Positions 53,880 through 63,999 of a stretch of 64,000 bases of DNA are shown here, in pieces. Under the pieces are notes generated by a model. That model was not told the DNA's origin. It saw only the letters and a list, made by a program, of their open reading frames with translations, and ran no database searches. The translations under genes and the position numbers were made by a program. Each line of letters starts with the position of its first letter. Within the stretch, counting starts at the first letter, position 1. The stretch comes from a virus (Duplodnaviria > Caudoviricetes): positions 1-64,000 of IMG/VR virus record IMGVR_UViG_3300032318_000487; one strand, given 5' to 3'.

Positions 53880-54322
53880 TGAACTTTATTCCTATTATCT
53901 CTATGCATAGGATTACTCTCTCCAGAAAATTTTTCACTCATCATTTTTCTATATTCTTCATTTTGCCATCTTTTCTTACGAGCATCGGACATTTTTCTTT
54001 TCGTTTCATCGCTTGTCTTCATACCAAGACGTGGAGGTTTCTGTCGTTTGCGCGATTCACTCAAGTTCTTTTTATGTTGTTCACTGAATACTAATTTGCG
54101 GCCAGTATTTGCTTTCTTTACTGCGAGAATAATTGCTTCGGCGTTCGATATCTGTCCAGATAAACATAACCAAGCAATTCGATCTTCTTCACATCCCAAA
54201 TCTTCCCATAGTTGCTTATGAAGATTTGCATGTTGCTCTATAGTGACTTGGACAAGATTGGATGGATCATCTGTTCCACCCATATGTTTTGGTATGATAT
54301 GATGTTTATGATAAATAGGCAT
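53873..54322 (-). mobile_element. HNH homing endonuclease with NUMOD3 repeats
   Basis: HKHHIIPKHMGGTDDPSNL...EQHANLH; SEQHKKNLSES, SDETKRKMSDA. Confidence 0.85.
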
Positions 54323-54392
54323 AGGCTGGCGCTCCCTTTAGCGTTAGAGTAGGTAGGTGCTGGTAACACCGTGACCTACACCTATTTAGTAA
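54323..54392 (-). promoter_or_regulatory. Late-promoter-like CTAAATA plus structured leader of the HNH gene
   Basis: GTAGGT..ACCTAC stem and CGCT-AAAGGG-AGCG hairpin over the RBS. Confidence 0.5.
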
Positions 54393-54403
54393 TATCGAGT
54401 GTT

Positions 54404-55222
54404 CTACAGATTTCCTGTTAGTGCGGCTACCTTATTCATATCGCCTGTAAAAGCATACGTACCTACATGTTGGGTTCTCATCCATGGACAAAGCCATATC
54501 GAAATTCCGATTGATCTAGCATACTGACAGAACATATAATCTTCTGAAAGATATCGATGAGAATCTGGATCAATCACTGTATCAAAGTATGCATGAATAT
54601 AGCGAGAGCCATCGAAGTTTGCTTGACCTGCATGATCAGGCTTGTAGTTCAAATGAGGGTATTCTTCCTTGAACTTATCAAAGACGGCACGCTTGATCAA
54701 CATGAAGCCAGTGCCGATTTCCATAACTTCAAGCGGCTCTGATACCTTGAATGACTTTGTACCAGGAACAGGATTGAACACATAGTCACCAGTGATTGCT
54801 TCAAGCTCACCTGGATTAAATGTCTCTTCATCAAAGTTTGGATCATTGATCACTCGCTTTGCACCAGCGAAGACATTCTTCCAGTTGATTGACTTCTTAG
54901 GATAAGGACCACCGATAACGTCCTTGTCTATGGCAAGAAGTGCTAGAACATCTTGTGGATTGAAAAGAATGTCAGAGTCAATGAATAGAAGATGAGTATA
55001 ACCAGACCTCAAGAACTCATCGACAAGGTAGTTTCTTGCACGAGTAATCAGTGACTCATTGAAAAGAAAAGAAAACCGAACTTCAATACCATACTGTGTA
55101 CAGATGCCTTGAAGATCAAGACATGCCTTCATGTAAAGACCATTACAATTTCCACCGTACATTGGTGTTGCAATGAACAGCTTATTCTTACGTAGTTCTT
55201 CAACGCTAATTGTAAGTTCCAT
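54404..55222 (-). CDS. Conserved phage GT-A-fold-like protein
   Basis: LFIATPMYGG, ESLITRARN, LLFIDSDI (DxD), GTGFMLIKR, YLSEDYMFC. Confidence 0.7.
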   Translation of the reverse strand: MELTISVEELRKNKLFIATPMYGGNCNGLYMKACLDLQGICTQYGIEVRFSFLFNESLITRARNYLVDEFLRSGYTHLLFIDSDILFNPQDVLALLAIDKDVIGGPYPKKSINWKNVFAGAKRVINDPNFDEETFNPGELEAITGDYVFNPVPGTKSFKVSEPLEVMEIGTGFMLIKRAVFDKFKEEYPHLNYKPDHAGQANFDGSRYIHAYFDTVIDPDSHRYLSEDYMFCQYARSIGISIWLCPWMRTQHVGTYAFTGDMNKVAALTGNL

Positions 55223-55244
55223 TATATGTTCACTCCTTAAATGA

Positions 55245-55290
55245 CAAAAATGAAAGGGACACTAATATATAGAATCCCTTTCATCAAAAA
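55245..55290. terminator. Hairpin terminator with a late-promoter-like motif in the loop
   Basis: ATGAAAGGGA-N15-TCCCTTTCAT with A-runs on both sides. Confidence 0.65.
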
Positions 55291-55298
55291 TGTGTGGA

Positions 55299-56507
55299 TT
55301 AGAACGCAACTTCTTCTGTGTTAGGAGTTACATTCTGAGCAGGAAGAGGATTGATAGTCTCATCTAGCTTCTTGTAGAGATCAAGAAAGCTATTCTTGGT
55401 ATCAACATCGAAGCGGTTCAGACAGAACGAAATTGCCTTCTCACGGTTCTGACCGAAGATTGAATAAGCTTCGCAGATATGAACAAGACGACGGGTAGAG
55501 ATGATCTCACTCACAGCACCCTCGTAGAAGGACTTACGAATAACGTCAGCCCAAGCAACGATACGTTCGGCAAACTGGTTGTCTTCAATGCCGTTTGAAG
55601 CCAGAACATTGTTCACAATCTTCTGTTCGATCTTGATCGAAGGATACTCTTGCTCAAGAGTGACCGAGAAACGCTCAAGAAAAGCTTCGTTCTGGACATT
55701 AGTACCGATGAAGCGACCATCTTCAGAACCCTTACCCTTGGTATTTGCTGTTGCAACAACAGTAAAACCGGGCATCGGAGTGATAACCTTGTTGATCTTC
55801 TTAAGATAGATGGGCTTGCCTTCAAGAACAGGCTGAAGGCACATCATCTTATTAGAGCCAAGATCGACCTCATCGAGAAGTAGAACAGCACCACGTTCCA
55901 TCGCAACAATCACAGGACCATTCTGCCAAACAGTCTTGCCATCTTGAAGACGGAAACCACCGATCAAATCGTCTTCGTCAGTTTCAATCGTAATGTTTAC
56001 ACGGATCATTTCACGCTTTTCAGCAGCGCAAACTTGCTCAACCATCATAGTCTTACCGTTGCCAGAAAGACCCGTGATATACATCGGATAAAATTTACGA
56101 GACTTAATTACGGCACGAACGTCTGAAAAGTTACCGAACGGCACATAACCACTTACCTTCTCAGGTACAAGATTAATAGGTGCAGGATTGTTGAGAGCGA
56201 CCGCTGCGACGGCCATTTCAGCCATCATCGGCACTTCAGACATTGAAGACTTAGAAGTTGAAATAGTCTTTGCCTTAGTAGGCTCAATTACAACGTCGGA
56301 CTTAGGAGGAAGAGAACCTACACGTTCGAAAGAATACACACCACGAGAAACACGGTGACGAGGATCAGTCGTCATCCAGTTGGGCCAATCAAGACCATAC
56401 TTGTCGCAAATTGTAGTAACTTGGGCACGGGTCACTGTTTCAGTAGTTGAACCAAGAAGCTTCTTGGCAGACTTGATGAACGAGGTACGATCAACCAGAC
56501 GAGGCAT
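55299..56507 (-). CDS. MoxR/CobS-like AAA+ ATPase
   Basis: GLSGNGKT, LLLDEVD, ATANTKGKG, NEAFLERF, STRRLV. Confidence 0.92.
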   Translation of the reverse strand: MPRLVDRTSFIKSAKKLLGSTTETVTRAQVTTICDKYGLDWPNWMTTDPRHRVSRGVYSFERVGSLPPKSDVVIEPTKAKTISTSKSSMSEVPMMAEMAVAAVALNNPAPINLVPEKVSGYVPFGNFSDVRAVIKSRKFYPMYITGLSGNGKTMMVEQVCAAEKREMIRVNITIETDEDDLIGGFRLQDGKTVWQNGPVIVAMERGAVLLLDEVDLGSNKMMCLQPVLEGKPIYLKKINKVITPMPGFTVVATANTKGKGSEDGRFIGTNVQNEAFLERFSVTLEQEYPSIKIEQKIVNNVLASNGIEDNQFAERIVAWADVIRKSFYEGAVSEIISTRRLVHICEAYSIFGQNREKAISFCLNRFDVDTKNSFLDLYKKLDETINPLPAQNVTPNTEEVAF

Positions 56508-56542
56508 AAGATTCCCTTTCGATGAAGCTCGACTATGGATAT

Positions 56543-56584
56543 ATTATACATGAATTGGAGAGGATGTCAACCGAATCCTCTCCA
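56543..56584 (-). promoter_or_regulatory. Promoter TTGACA-16-TATAAT overlapping a 10-bp hairpin
   Basis: TGGAGAGGAT/ATCCTCTCCA inverted repeat; hexamers at 56565-56570 and 56543-56548. Confidence 0.7.
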
Positions 56585-56588
56585 TTGT

Positions 56589-58826
56589 TTAGATCAAGTT
56601 AAGCTTAGGCTTGACTGACACCAGTTCCATAAACTGACGGAGAAGAATTCGGTTGACGGTTTTCTTTTCCGAAAACTTCATGAACTGTTGAGCAATCTTG
56701 TTGCGTGACATGCTAGAATTAACTTCTAGCTCATTCTTCTTTTGAACCAATGCTCTCTGATCGATAATAAAATACTTATCGTAACCAGAAGATGTTGCAG
56801 TGATAAAGCCATCTTGTTTCCATTGCTTTCTGAGCTTTTCAGAGTCAACAGAAACAGGAAAGAACTTATTCACTAGAGAATTAAGTCCGTCATTTGACAA
56901 GAAGATACCAACAAGATTGCAGTTAGTACGATCTTTCAAGATTTTCAACAGAGATGATGTGATCTCTTGATGAGAGAACCGATCGTTTCCAATTTTATAC
57001 TCTTTCTTGGTAATCTGATCACGAACGATGAACTGATTACCACCCTTACGCCAAGGATACTTTGCCTTGTCATAGGCAAAATGTTGAACAGGATTTGAGT
57101 CACCATCTGTCAAGAAGATGACATTGACAATCTCAACCTTAGACTTACGTCTAAAGTCATTCACAACACCTTCAGCAGCAATAATAGCAGCATTAAGAGG
57201 TGTGCCACCGAGAGGATCAGCACGGTTGTAACCACCCATGAACAAGTAACTATAAGCCTTGTTCATTTCGGCAGCGTTCATACGAGACGATAGAACATTG
57301 CGAAGCTTAAAACCATGATTACCTTGTACATCAAGCCAGTCTTTGCTCGCAGGACGTTCAAAGACATTGCCAACAACTTCAAACATATTCGGATCACGGA
57401 AAGTATACACTTCAAAAGGTATACCAACACGCTTACAGAATTGAGTCAATGCAACAATCTGTTTGATCGTTGATTGGAGACATTGAGTCATTGACCCTGA
57501 CCAATCAACAAACATAACGAAGCCATGGTTTTTACCAGTGGGCACATTGATCGACCGTCGAAAAATGTCATCGTTATACTTGTATGAATGAAGCTTGTTA
57601 GTATCGATCACACCTGTCTTAGAAATGTTGATCTTTGCATAAGCTTCAGCAGCCTTACGCTGTTCAAATTCTTTGATGAGGAACGAGATATTGTTGTTCT
57701 CATCTTTCTTGAAATTTGAAGCCTTATTATGCATCTGATCAATATAAGTTTGGTCACTGTTCGTTGAAAAACTATTCAAATACTTCTTATAATCGTCCAC
57801 GATTAGATCAAGCTTTGCTTTTGGCAAATCAAGATAGATATAGTTCACATCGGACTGTGCTACAATAGAAGAGATATTCTTCTCCCACTCACGCTCAGTC
57901 TCAGATTCAGGAATATAATCATCTAGCGTTGAACTTGCACCAGCCCCGGTGTTAGAACGATCTGGTGCACCAGTATTGGAATTTTCGTTGATATCACCGT
58001 TACCGCGTTGTCCACGCTTACCAGAACTATTCGATTCATCTTCAGATGTTTTACCTTCATCATCTCGACCGTTACCATCACGATCAAGATCACCTTGACG
58101 AGAATCCTCATCATCGAAGTCATCTTCGGAATCAGTCCATTCCGACTCATCGTATTCACTGCCATCATCGGAATCATCATCACCAATGTCCGAAGACTTG
58201 ATGAGTTGGTTCTGTTGACCCTTCTCACGAGACCAAGTGTAAATTTCTTCAGTCAGATCAACGGTCTGAGCAAATGTTTCTTGCTCTTCCATCTTACGAA
58301 TGAAGACACGCTCTTCGGGACTAAACTTGATACCAAGAGCAAAGCCACCCTTGAAATAGATGTTGGCACGGTCGATAAAAGACATCTCATGGATACTACG
58401 ATTGGCAGTACCAAAGAAGTCACGAGTAATCAATTCTTTGTAGCCAACAATATAGTTGCGCTTAGAGCCAGGATAACGACGCTTCTGCCGCTTATCAATT
58501 CTGGCATCTTCAACAACATTTAGGAAACCCTTGATAGAGCCAACAGCAGCTTTCCAGTTATCACCATGTATCTTTATGGCAATGCTTTCAATAGCATTTT
58601 TCCAATCTTGATATGGTGTATCAAGCGCATGACCAACTTCATGCACCACAAGCATATCATATAAATCTTCTGAAATGTTCTGCCAGACGGGCAGAACAAG
58701 TTCGCGGTTCTTAACGTCAAAGTATGCGGTGCTTGCACCAGCATCATGACGGAAAGAGATGTTTTCTGTCGCAAGAAGCTTGGCAAGTTGCGACTTGAAG
58801 GGAGAAGAGGCTGTGTTTGTCATCAT
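56589..58826 (-). CDS. HExxH metallopeptidase-like + VWA (MIDAS) domain protein, partner of the MoxR ATPase
   Basis: LVVHEVGHAL, NVVEDARI, FVDWSGSM, GGTPL, LTDGD. Confidence 0.88.
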   Translation of the reverse strand: MMTNTASSPFKSQLAKLLATENISFRHDAGASTAYFDVKNRELVLPVWQNISEDLYDMLVVHEVGHALDTPYQDWKNAIESIAIKIHGDNWKAAVGSIKGFLNVVEDARIDKRQKRRYPGSKRNYIVGYKELITRDFFGTANRSIHEMSFIDRANIYFKGGFALGIKFSPEERVFIRKMEEQETFAQTVDLTEEIYTWSREKGQQNQLIKSSDIGDDDSDDGSEYDESEWTDSEDDFDDEDSRQGDLDRDGNGRDDEGKTSEDESNSSGKRGQRGNGDINENSNTGAPDRSNTGAGASSTLDDYIPESETEREWEKNISSIVAQSDVNYIYLDLPKAKLDLIVDDYKKYLNSFSTNSDQTYIDQMHNKASNFKKDENNNISFLIKEFEQRKAAEAYAKINISKTGVIDTNKLHSYKYNDDIFRRSINVPTGKNHGFVMFVDWSGSMTQCLQSTIKQIVALTQFCKRVGIPFEVYTFRDPNMFEVVGNVFERPASKDWLDVQGNHGFKLRNVLSSRMNAAEMNKAYSYLFMGGYNRADPLGGTPLNAAIIAAEGVVNDFRRKSKVEIVNVIFLTDGDSNPVQHFAYDKAKYPWRKGGNQFIVRDQITKKEYKIGNDRFSHQEITSSLLKILKDRTNCNLVGIFLSNDGLNSLVNKFFPVSVDSEKLRKQWKQDGFITATSSGYDKYFIIDQRALVQKKNELEVNSSMSRNKIAQQFMKFSEKKTVNRILLRQFMELVSVKPKLNLI

Positions 58827-58832
58827 GGTGTT

Positions 58833-58861
58833 ATCTTATACGACAAATGCGTGGCAGTCAA
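58833..58861 (-). promoter_or_regulatory. Sigma70 promoter TTGACT-17-TAAGAT
   Basis: Read directly from the sequence. Confidence 0.7.
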
Positions 58862-58868
58862 ACTAAAA

Positions 58869-58891
58869 AAGTGCGACAAAATGTCGCACTT
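58869..58891. repeat. GTGCGACA-N3-TGTCGCAC palindrome / terminator, copy 3 of 3
   Basis: AAGTGCGACA-AAA-TGTCGCACTT followed by a T-run on the minus strand. Confidence 0.85.
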
Positions 58892-58929
58892 GTAAGTATC
58901 TGATTCTAAAAGAGTTTAGATAAAAGCTT

Positions 58930-59913
58930 CTAGGGTTGTTTCTGTTTCTGTAACTTGACCAGAACCATTCCATAGTTGTTTACCTTCGGAAAGTCCTTAA
59001 GATTGATATCTGATCTAAGTTTAAGTCTATTGTCCGAATCTGTCAACCCCAAATTTCTGCGGATTTTAAGTTGATCAGGATTCAAATCAACTTCTCTCTT
59101 TTGAAAGGGAGAATAATCAACATAGTGGTGCCAACGACCGTACTTCCAAACAACTCTAGCAACATCAGGATGCATATCAACAAGCATCTGAGACTTGTTG
59201 ACAGTTCCTGTCGCATTTAGCTGACCATCACGCCATTTGGTTTTATCAAGATTACCTTCAACATGATAAAACTCTTGAGTGTTACCACCCTTTACAGTCT
59301 GAGTTGCAGCTTTGCCTTGAAGAAAAGCATTGAACTGAATTGTACAGTCACCGTCTTTCAGTACACGCAAACAAATGTCCGTATCTTCGTTGTATCGTCC
59401 TCTCCAACGATGTTTGCAATCATTGGAAATTAGCAGACACGAATAGATTCTTGTGTTTACTACGAATGGTGGATAAGATTGATTTGGTGCAATGAAGAAT
59501 CGATACTGAAAGCCAGAGATAGGCACATTCTCGAATCGATCAACAAAGTCTTCAGCAGCTTTGAAGATAATGCCAGATTCAACACGAATACGTTCGTTCA
59601 TATGAAGTCTGTAAAAATCTTGAATGTTATCATCCATAACCCAATGCTTCTTTGCACCAAGAGCAATTGCATGATCCCATGCAAAGTTTCTTGCTCGACC
59701 AGGACCATCACCGTGATTAGAGAATGGAGCAACAACAAGAGTTACATAGTCTCTTGTTCCAAGCTTATCTAATGACTCATCATATGATTCATAGTCTTGT
59801 GGTTCAATGATAATGTAATGTGGTACTTTCATTCGAGCGAGCGACCTCGACGTATACGAAGTATCTGCTCTACCCTTAGATACAATATAAACAGGATTAT
59901 CAGGATTAGTCAT
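58930..59913 (-). CDS. GREB1-like / TET-associated (TAGT) family glycosyltransferase
   Basis: PVYIVSKGR, GPGRARNFAWDH, WVMDDNI, RIYSCLLI, WRGRYNEDTD, KGGNT. Confidence 0.75.
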   Translation of the reverse strand: MTNPDNPVYIVSKGRADTSYTSRSLARMKVPHYIIIEPQDYESYDESLDKLGTRDYVTLVVAPFSNHGDGPGRARNFAWDHAIALGAKKHWVMDDNIQDFYRLHMNERIRVESGIIFKAAEDFVDRFENVPISGFQYRFFIAPNQSYPPFVVNTRIYSCLLISNDCKHRWRGRYNEDTDICLRVLKDGDCTIQFNAFLQGKAATQTVKGGNTQEFYHVEGNLDKTKWRDGQLNATGTVNKSQMLVDMHPDVARVVWKYGRWHHYVDYSPFQKREVDLNPDQLKIRRNLGLTDSDNRLKLRSDINLKDFPKVNNYGMVLVKLQKQKQP

Positions 59914-59925
59914 ACTAAATTCCTA

Positions 59926-60276
59926 TCAATCACCAGACTCAAACCATCTCTTCAAAGAGTTTTCGTCCTTATCTAAATGAGGATACCACATTGACTTAGT
60001 TTTGTCAGTGATAACTTGATCACTATCTAATGACTTGTACTTGGAGACAAACTCTTTGAAGTCTGCTTCATTTCTGAAGTGAAGATAAATTGTCTTGAAT
60101 GTCTTCTTATCTTCTTGTACAAACTCAGGCATTCCAACCCAGAGCTTGTCTCTTTCTCTCATCTCATCAGTCTGAACTTCGATAGGAAGCTTTCCATCTT
60201 CATCATATTCTTCCTTCTTATTCAGAAAGTTGTCATATACAGTAGATTCCTGTACAACAATGTCCTTCTTACTCAT
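59926..60276 (-). CDS. Small acidic protein typically adjacent to TAGT-like genes
   Basis: WVGMPEFVQED..FK.I..HF...DF..F....ITDKTKSMWYP. Confidence 0.65.
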   Translation of the reverse strand: MSKKDIVVQESTVYDNFLNKKEEYDEDGKLPIEVQTDEMRERDKLWVGMPEFVQEDKKTFKTIYLHFRNEADFKEFVSKYKSLDSDQVITDKTKSMWYPHLDKDENSLKRWFESGD

Positions 60277-60286
60277 TCATATCTCC

Positions 60287-62002
60287 TCATGAAATCAACT
60301 GACTAAAGTTCTTTACCTTAGCAAACTTGAATATTCTCTGAAACTTATCTTGCATTATATCAGACTTGTGTGAGATTACAAATGTATTTGTGTCACCCAA
60401 CATGTCCCACATAATCTTTAAGAACTCATCTGTTCCATTATTATCTAGGGAACCATCCAGAACTTCATCAAGAATAAGAAGATTTGTGTTGACACTATTT
60501 CTCATCTTAGCAATAGCTCTCCATGTAAACAATAGAGCAAGATCGATACGTGTCTTTTCACCTTCTGAAAAGTTCTGATACGAGAACTCATCTCTATGTC
60601 GGCTCTTGATTGTTTCTTCAAACTGTTCATTGATATTGAAGTTGACAAAGAAACCCATTCTGGCAAGATACTTGTTGATATGCTTGTTGATGATAGGAAG
60701 ATATTGCTTGATGATCTTTGTCTTGATACCACCATCTTTGAGTAGATTGATTGCAGTTTCAATATACTGACGTTCAACAAGAAGGTCTTGCTTCTGCTTA
60801 ATAAGAAACTCAATCTCTCTTATAGTTTCGTCCATTACTTTCTGGTTGTCAGATACAATATTATCTGTATGTTCTAACCTTTGTAAATCTTCTTTAAGCT
60901 CATTGATTCTGACTTCTAGTGAAGTAGCATGAAGCTTGTTTTTCTGAATGTTACTCCAGATTTTTTCTGCTTCTGAAAGAGTGTAGTCAATGTCTGCAAT
61001 TGACTGTAACGTACTTGCGATCTGCTCATTTATTGCAATAAGTCCACTTTCATATTCAGCGATCTTCTTTTCACTAGACTCAACTTCAGATTCTTTGAAT
61101 TGAGAGTCAATAGATTGACGACACGTAGGACACATGTCATTGTCACAATAGAACGAAAGGTCTTTTTTAGTACGCTTTAGATTGGTATCAATCTTAGAAG
61201 ATAGTGAAACAAGCTTAGTGTGCTTGTCTTTTAGAGCTTTCGTAGACGCTGTTCCCGATAAGATAACGGTGTGTTGGTTTTCGAGGTCAACAATGCTTTT
61301 TTGCGTATCGGACAAGGTTTCCAAAAGACGTTGTAGTTGAGCCATATAATCGGATTTTTTTTCTTCGTTGTTTTGCTTAAGGATAGCGAGCGTTTTCTCA
61401 ACATATACTTTCTTCTCTTCTTTAGCGTTCAGAGATACACGATTCAATTCAACTGCTTGTTTGTTTGCTATAGCTCTCTGTTTTACGATAACGTTCATGA
61501 CAGAGAAGATTTGAATGTCAAGTAAGTCTTCAATTACAGCACGACGATCAGCAGGTGATAGCTGCATGAAAGGAACAAATGATGCTGAACCAAGAATAAC
61601 AATCTGAGTGAACGACTTGTAGTTCATCTTCAGAACAAACTTCTCAAGATGTTCTTGATAGTCTTTCGTCGTTGAATCTTGATTGATCATTGTTCCATCA
61701 CAATAGATTTCAAAGATATTTGGCTTGATGCCACGAACGATCTTGTATTCTTTGTTGTTTGTTGTAAACTCGATTTGAACTTCACAGCCCTTCTCGTTTA
61801 CAGAGTTAACTAGCATAGGCTTATTAATCTTACGGAATGGTTTACCGAACAAAGCAAAGCACAAAGCATCGAGAATAGTAGATTTACCCGCACCGTTGTC
61901 TCCAACGATGAGGGCATTCTGATGTTCATTCAACTTAATCTCAGTGAATAGATTACCCGTCGATAATAGATTGCGCCATCTAATAACTTTGAATATGATC
62001 AT
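60287..62002 (-). CDS. 46: Recombination endonuclease subunit gp46 (Rad50/SbcC-like)
   Basis: [15 protein letters not shown] signature, [11 protein letters not shown]. Confidence 0.97.
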   Translation of the reverse strand: MIIFKVIRWRNLLSTGNLFTEIKLNEHQNALIVGDNGAGKSTILDALCFALFGKPFRKINKPMLVNSVNEKGCEVQIEFTTNNKEYKIVRGIKPNIFEIYCDGTMINQDSTTKDYQEHLEKFVLKMNYKSFTQIVILGSASFVPFMQLSPADRRAVIEDLLDIQIFSVMNVIVKQRAIANKQAVELNRVSLNAKEEKKVYVEKTLAILKQNNEEKKSDYMAQLQRLLETLSDTQKSIVDLENQHTVILSGTASTKALKDKHTKLVSLSSKIDTNLKRTKKDLSFYCDNDMCPTCRQSIDSQFKESEVESSEKKIAEYESGLIAINEQIASTLQSIADIDYTLSEAEKIWSNIQKNKLHATSLEVRINELKEDLQRLEHTDNIVSDNQKVMDETIREIEFLIKQKQDLLVERQYIETAINLLKDGGIKTKIIKQYLPIINKHINKYLARMGFFVNFNINEQFEETIKSRHRDEFSYQNFSEGEKTRIDLALLFTWRAIAKMRNSVNTNLLILDEVLDGSLDNNGTDEFLKIMWDMLGDTNTFVISHKSDIMQDKFQRIFKFAKVKNFSQLIS

Positions 62003-63075
62003 ACATGCTCCACAGACAATGCTTCCGTATAGACATCTTTCATGAAAGATTTCATCTTATCTGAATCTACTCCCAATGTCAAGCCATCAATATACTTAGT
62101 GAGGATTGTGGGTGTGTCTTCAGCTTCATCGACAACGGAATCTTCTTCATTGTCTTTGAAAGCTGAGATATCTTCAATGATGGAAATGTCTAGTGGAGAT
62201 GCTTTGTATAGTTTGTCTAACATCATATCAAATGCATAAGGATTAGTCTTGTTGACACACACAATTTTAACATAGGTGTTGGCATACTGATCATAGTTAG
62301 ACTGATTGATCTTCTCAAGAATGTCCTTGTACTTCACATCATCATATACAAGCATCTTAAAGATGTGATTCTTGTTTTGGTAGAATGTTACTTGTCGATC
62401 TTTCGTATCGAAAACACTGAATCCCCTTGGGTCAGCATAGTCCGACCAAGTATACTCAGCAAAAGCTCCAAGATAATGAACATTGCCAATAGTGGAACGA
62501 TGATGATAATGCCCACTAAAAACAAGATCAAAACGAGAGAAAATATTACGATCCATCCCATGGTCATTAACAGAACCACGATACATTTCAAAGCCGTTGA
62601 GTTCAAGATGTCCCATGCAGACTTCAGCAGTCGATGTGCGGATTGCATCAAGTGACTCGTCATAGTTAGACTCCGTAATCCATGGTAAAAGTTGAATCTC
62701 ACATTCGTTGATGACGATCATCTCTGGCACATCGTATATGTAAATGTGCTTGTATCGTCCATCAAGAATCTCACGGAGGGCATTTACTTCATGCGTGTTC
62801 TTGTAATACTCATCATGATTGCCTGCAATGATATGTGTTTCAATACCTCGCTTCTCTAGCTGTTCAAGAAAGTCTTCACGACAACGCTTTGCTGTCATGT
62901 AGTTGACGAACTTGCGACGGTCAAACAAATCACCTAAATGAATGACATGCTTGATCTCTTGTTCGTCAATTACTTGCCAGAACTGTTCGAGTGAACGATT
63001 GAAGTAATCATGAAAAACTGGGCTATCATTTCTGATACCCCAGTGTGTATCCGTGATAAGGGCAATTTTTGTCAA
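61999..63075 (-). CDS. 47: Recombination nuclease subunit gp47 (Mre11-like)
   Basis: DTHWG, LGDLFD, GNHD, GHLE, SGHYH. Confidence 0.97.
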   Translation of the reverse strand: MTKIALITDTHWGIRNDSPVFHDYFNRSLEQFWQVIDEQEIKHVIHLGDLFDRRKFVNYMTAKRCREDFLEQLEKRGIETHIIAGNHDEYYKNTHEVNALREILDGRYKHIYIYDVPEMIVINECEIQLLPWITESNYDESLDAIRTSTAEVCMGHLELNGFEMYRGSVNDHGMDRNIFSRFDLVFSGHYHHRSTIGNVHYLGAFAEYTWSDYADPRGFSVFDTKDRQVTFYQNKNHIFKMLVYDDVKYKDILEKINQSNYDQYANTYVKIVCVNKTNPYAFDMMLDKLYKASPLDISIIEDISAFKDNEEDSVVDEAEDTPTILTKYIDGLTLGVDSDKMKSFMKDVYTEALSVEHV

Positions 63076-63076
63076 G

Positions 63077-63274
63077 TTACGCTCGTTTCCTCTTGATTTG
63101 AGCTTGCATCATATCATCATTCTTATACTTACGCAAGCTGGAATCGATTGCGTCTCGGATCGATTCTAGTCTTGCTCTATAGTTTTCCCTAACGTGTTGT
63201 CTCTCACCCTTATCAAGCATGTTATGAATAAGTGATTCGACTTGAAAAGGAATGTTATGTGACTCGTCCCTCAT
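63077..63274 (-). CDS. Conserved small protein between genes 55 and 47
   Basis: IPFQVESLI....[16 protein letters not shown]. Confidence 0.65.
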   Translation of the reverse strand: MRDESHNIPFQVESLIHNMLDKGERQHVRENYRARLESIRDAIDSSLRKYKNDDMMQAQIKRKRA

Positions 63275-63834
63275 GCTGATTCTCCTTTCTCTTCATAGAA
63301 TCTCATTAGATTGTCCTTTGCCTTCTTTCTTTTTTCTTTCTTGACGGCTTCTTTTCGTTCAAATTCTTTCATAAAGATGTTGATGTTATCATACATCTGA
63401 GCGGAAACCAATATGTTATCACTTTCATCACTGAACAATGATGAATCTGTATTGCAGAGAACAGTTTCTTGAAAACTCTTGTATATTGTATATCTATTCT
63501 TCTCTTCCTTATAGATTCTCCTTAAGAAAGCATATTTGATGACTTGAGTGAAGTAAGCAAATGGATTTGAACCTCTGTCTGGATCATAGTCTTTAAAGTA
63601 AAGAAAACAGTTCTCAATTCCATCTGAAACCATCTCTTCTCTGTATGAGTAGTTAACAAAGCATGGCTTAGTCGATAGCTTCTCAGCAATCTTCCAGATG
63701 CATTCTCCTATATAGTCTGGAATACGAGGCTCTTCCAAACCAGCTTCTCTTGCGGCTGAAAGTCTCTTTCTGTACTCAACAATCTCTCTAAAGAACTTTT
63801 TGTTATCAACATAGTGACGAGTAGATTTTGCCAT
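63271..63834 (-). CDS. 55: Late transcription sigma factor gp55
   Basis: HYVDNK, YIGECI.KIA, FVNYSYREEM.SDGIENC, NPFAYFTQ; likely start MAKS at 63834. Confidence 0.96.
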   Translation of the reverse strand: MAKSTRHYVDNKKFFREIVEYRKRLSAAREAGLEEPRIPDYIGECIWKIAEKLSTKPCFVNYSYREEMVSDGIENCFLYFKDYDPDRGSNPFAYFTQVIKYAFLRRIYKEEKNRYTIYKSFQETVLCNTDSSLFSDESDNILVSAQMYDNINIFMKEFERKEAVKKEKRKKAKDNLMRFYEEKGESA

Positions 63835-63864
63835 TACTAATTCTATCCTTTTGTACGATTTCTC

Positions 63865-63927
63865 TTGACAAGGGGTTGACAAAGTGGTATAAAGGCTATG
63901 CCCTGTTGCAAATGAATTAATTTATAT
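63865..63927. repeat. ~60-bp dispersed repeat, copy 2, with + strand TTGACA-17-TATAAA
   Basis: TTGACA 63865-70, TTGACA 63876-81, TATAAA 63888-93; matches 1430-1492. Confidence 0.95.
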
Positions 63928-63999
63928 ATCTGTTATCTGTCTTAGCTTATCTAACTGCTTAGTCACTACTTCTGATCTGTTTGGCCACTTGATCATTGC
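63922..63999 (-). CDS. 3' end of a T4-like protein (partial)
   Basis: ...AMIKWPNRSEVVTKQLDKLRQITDI*. Confidence 0.5.
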   Translation of the reverse strand, partial: AMIKWPNRSEVVTKQLDKLRQITDI

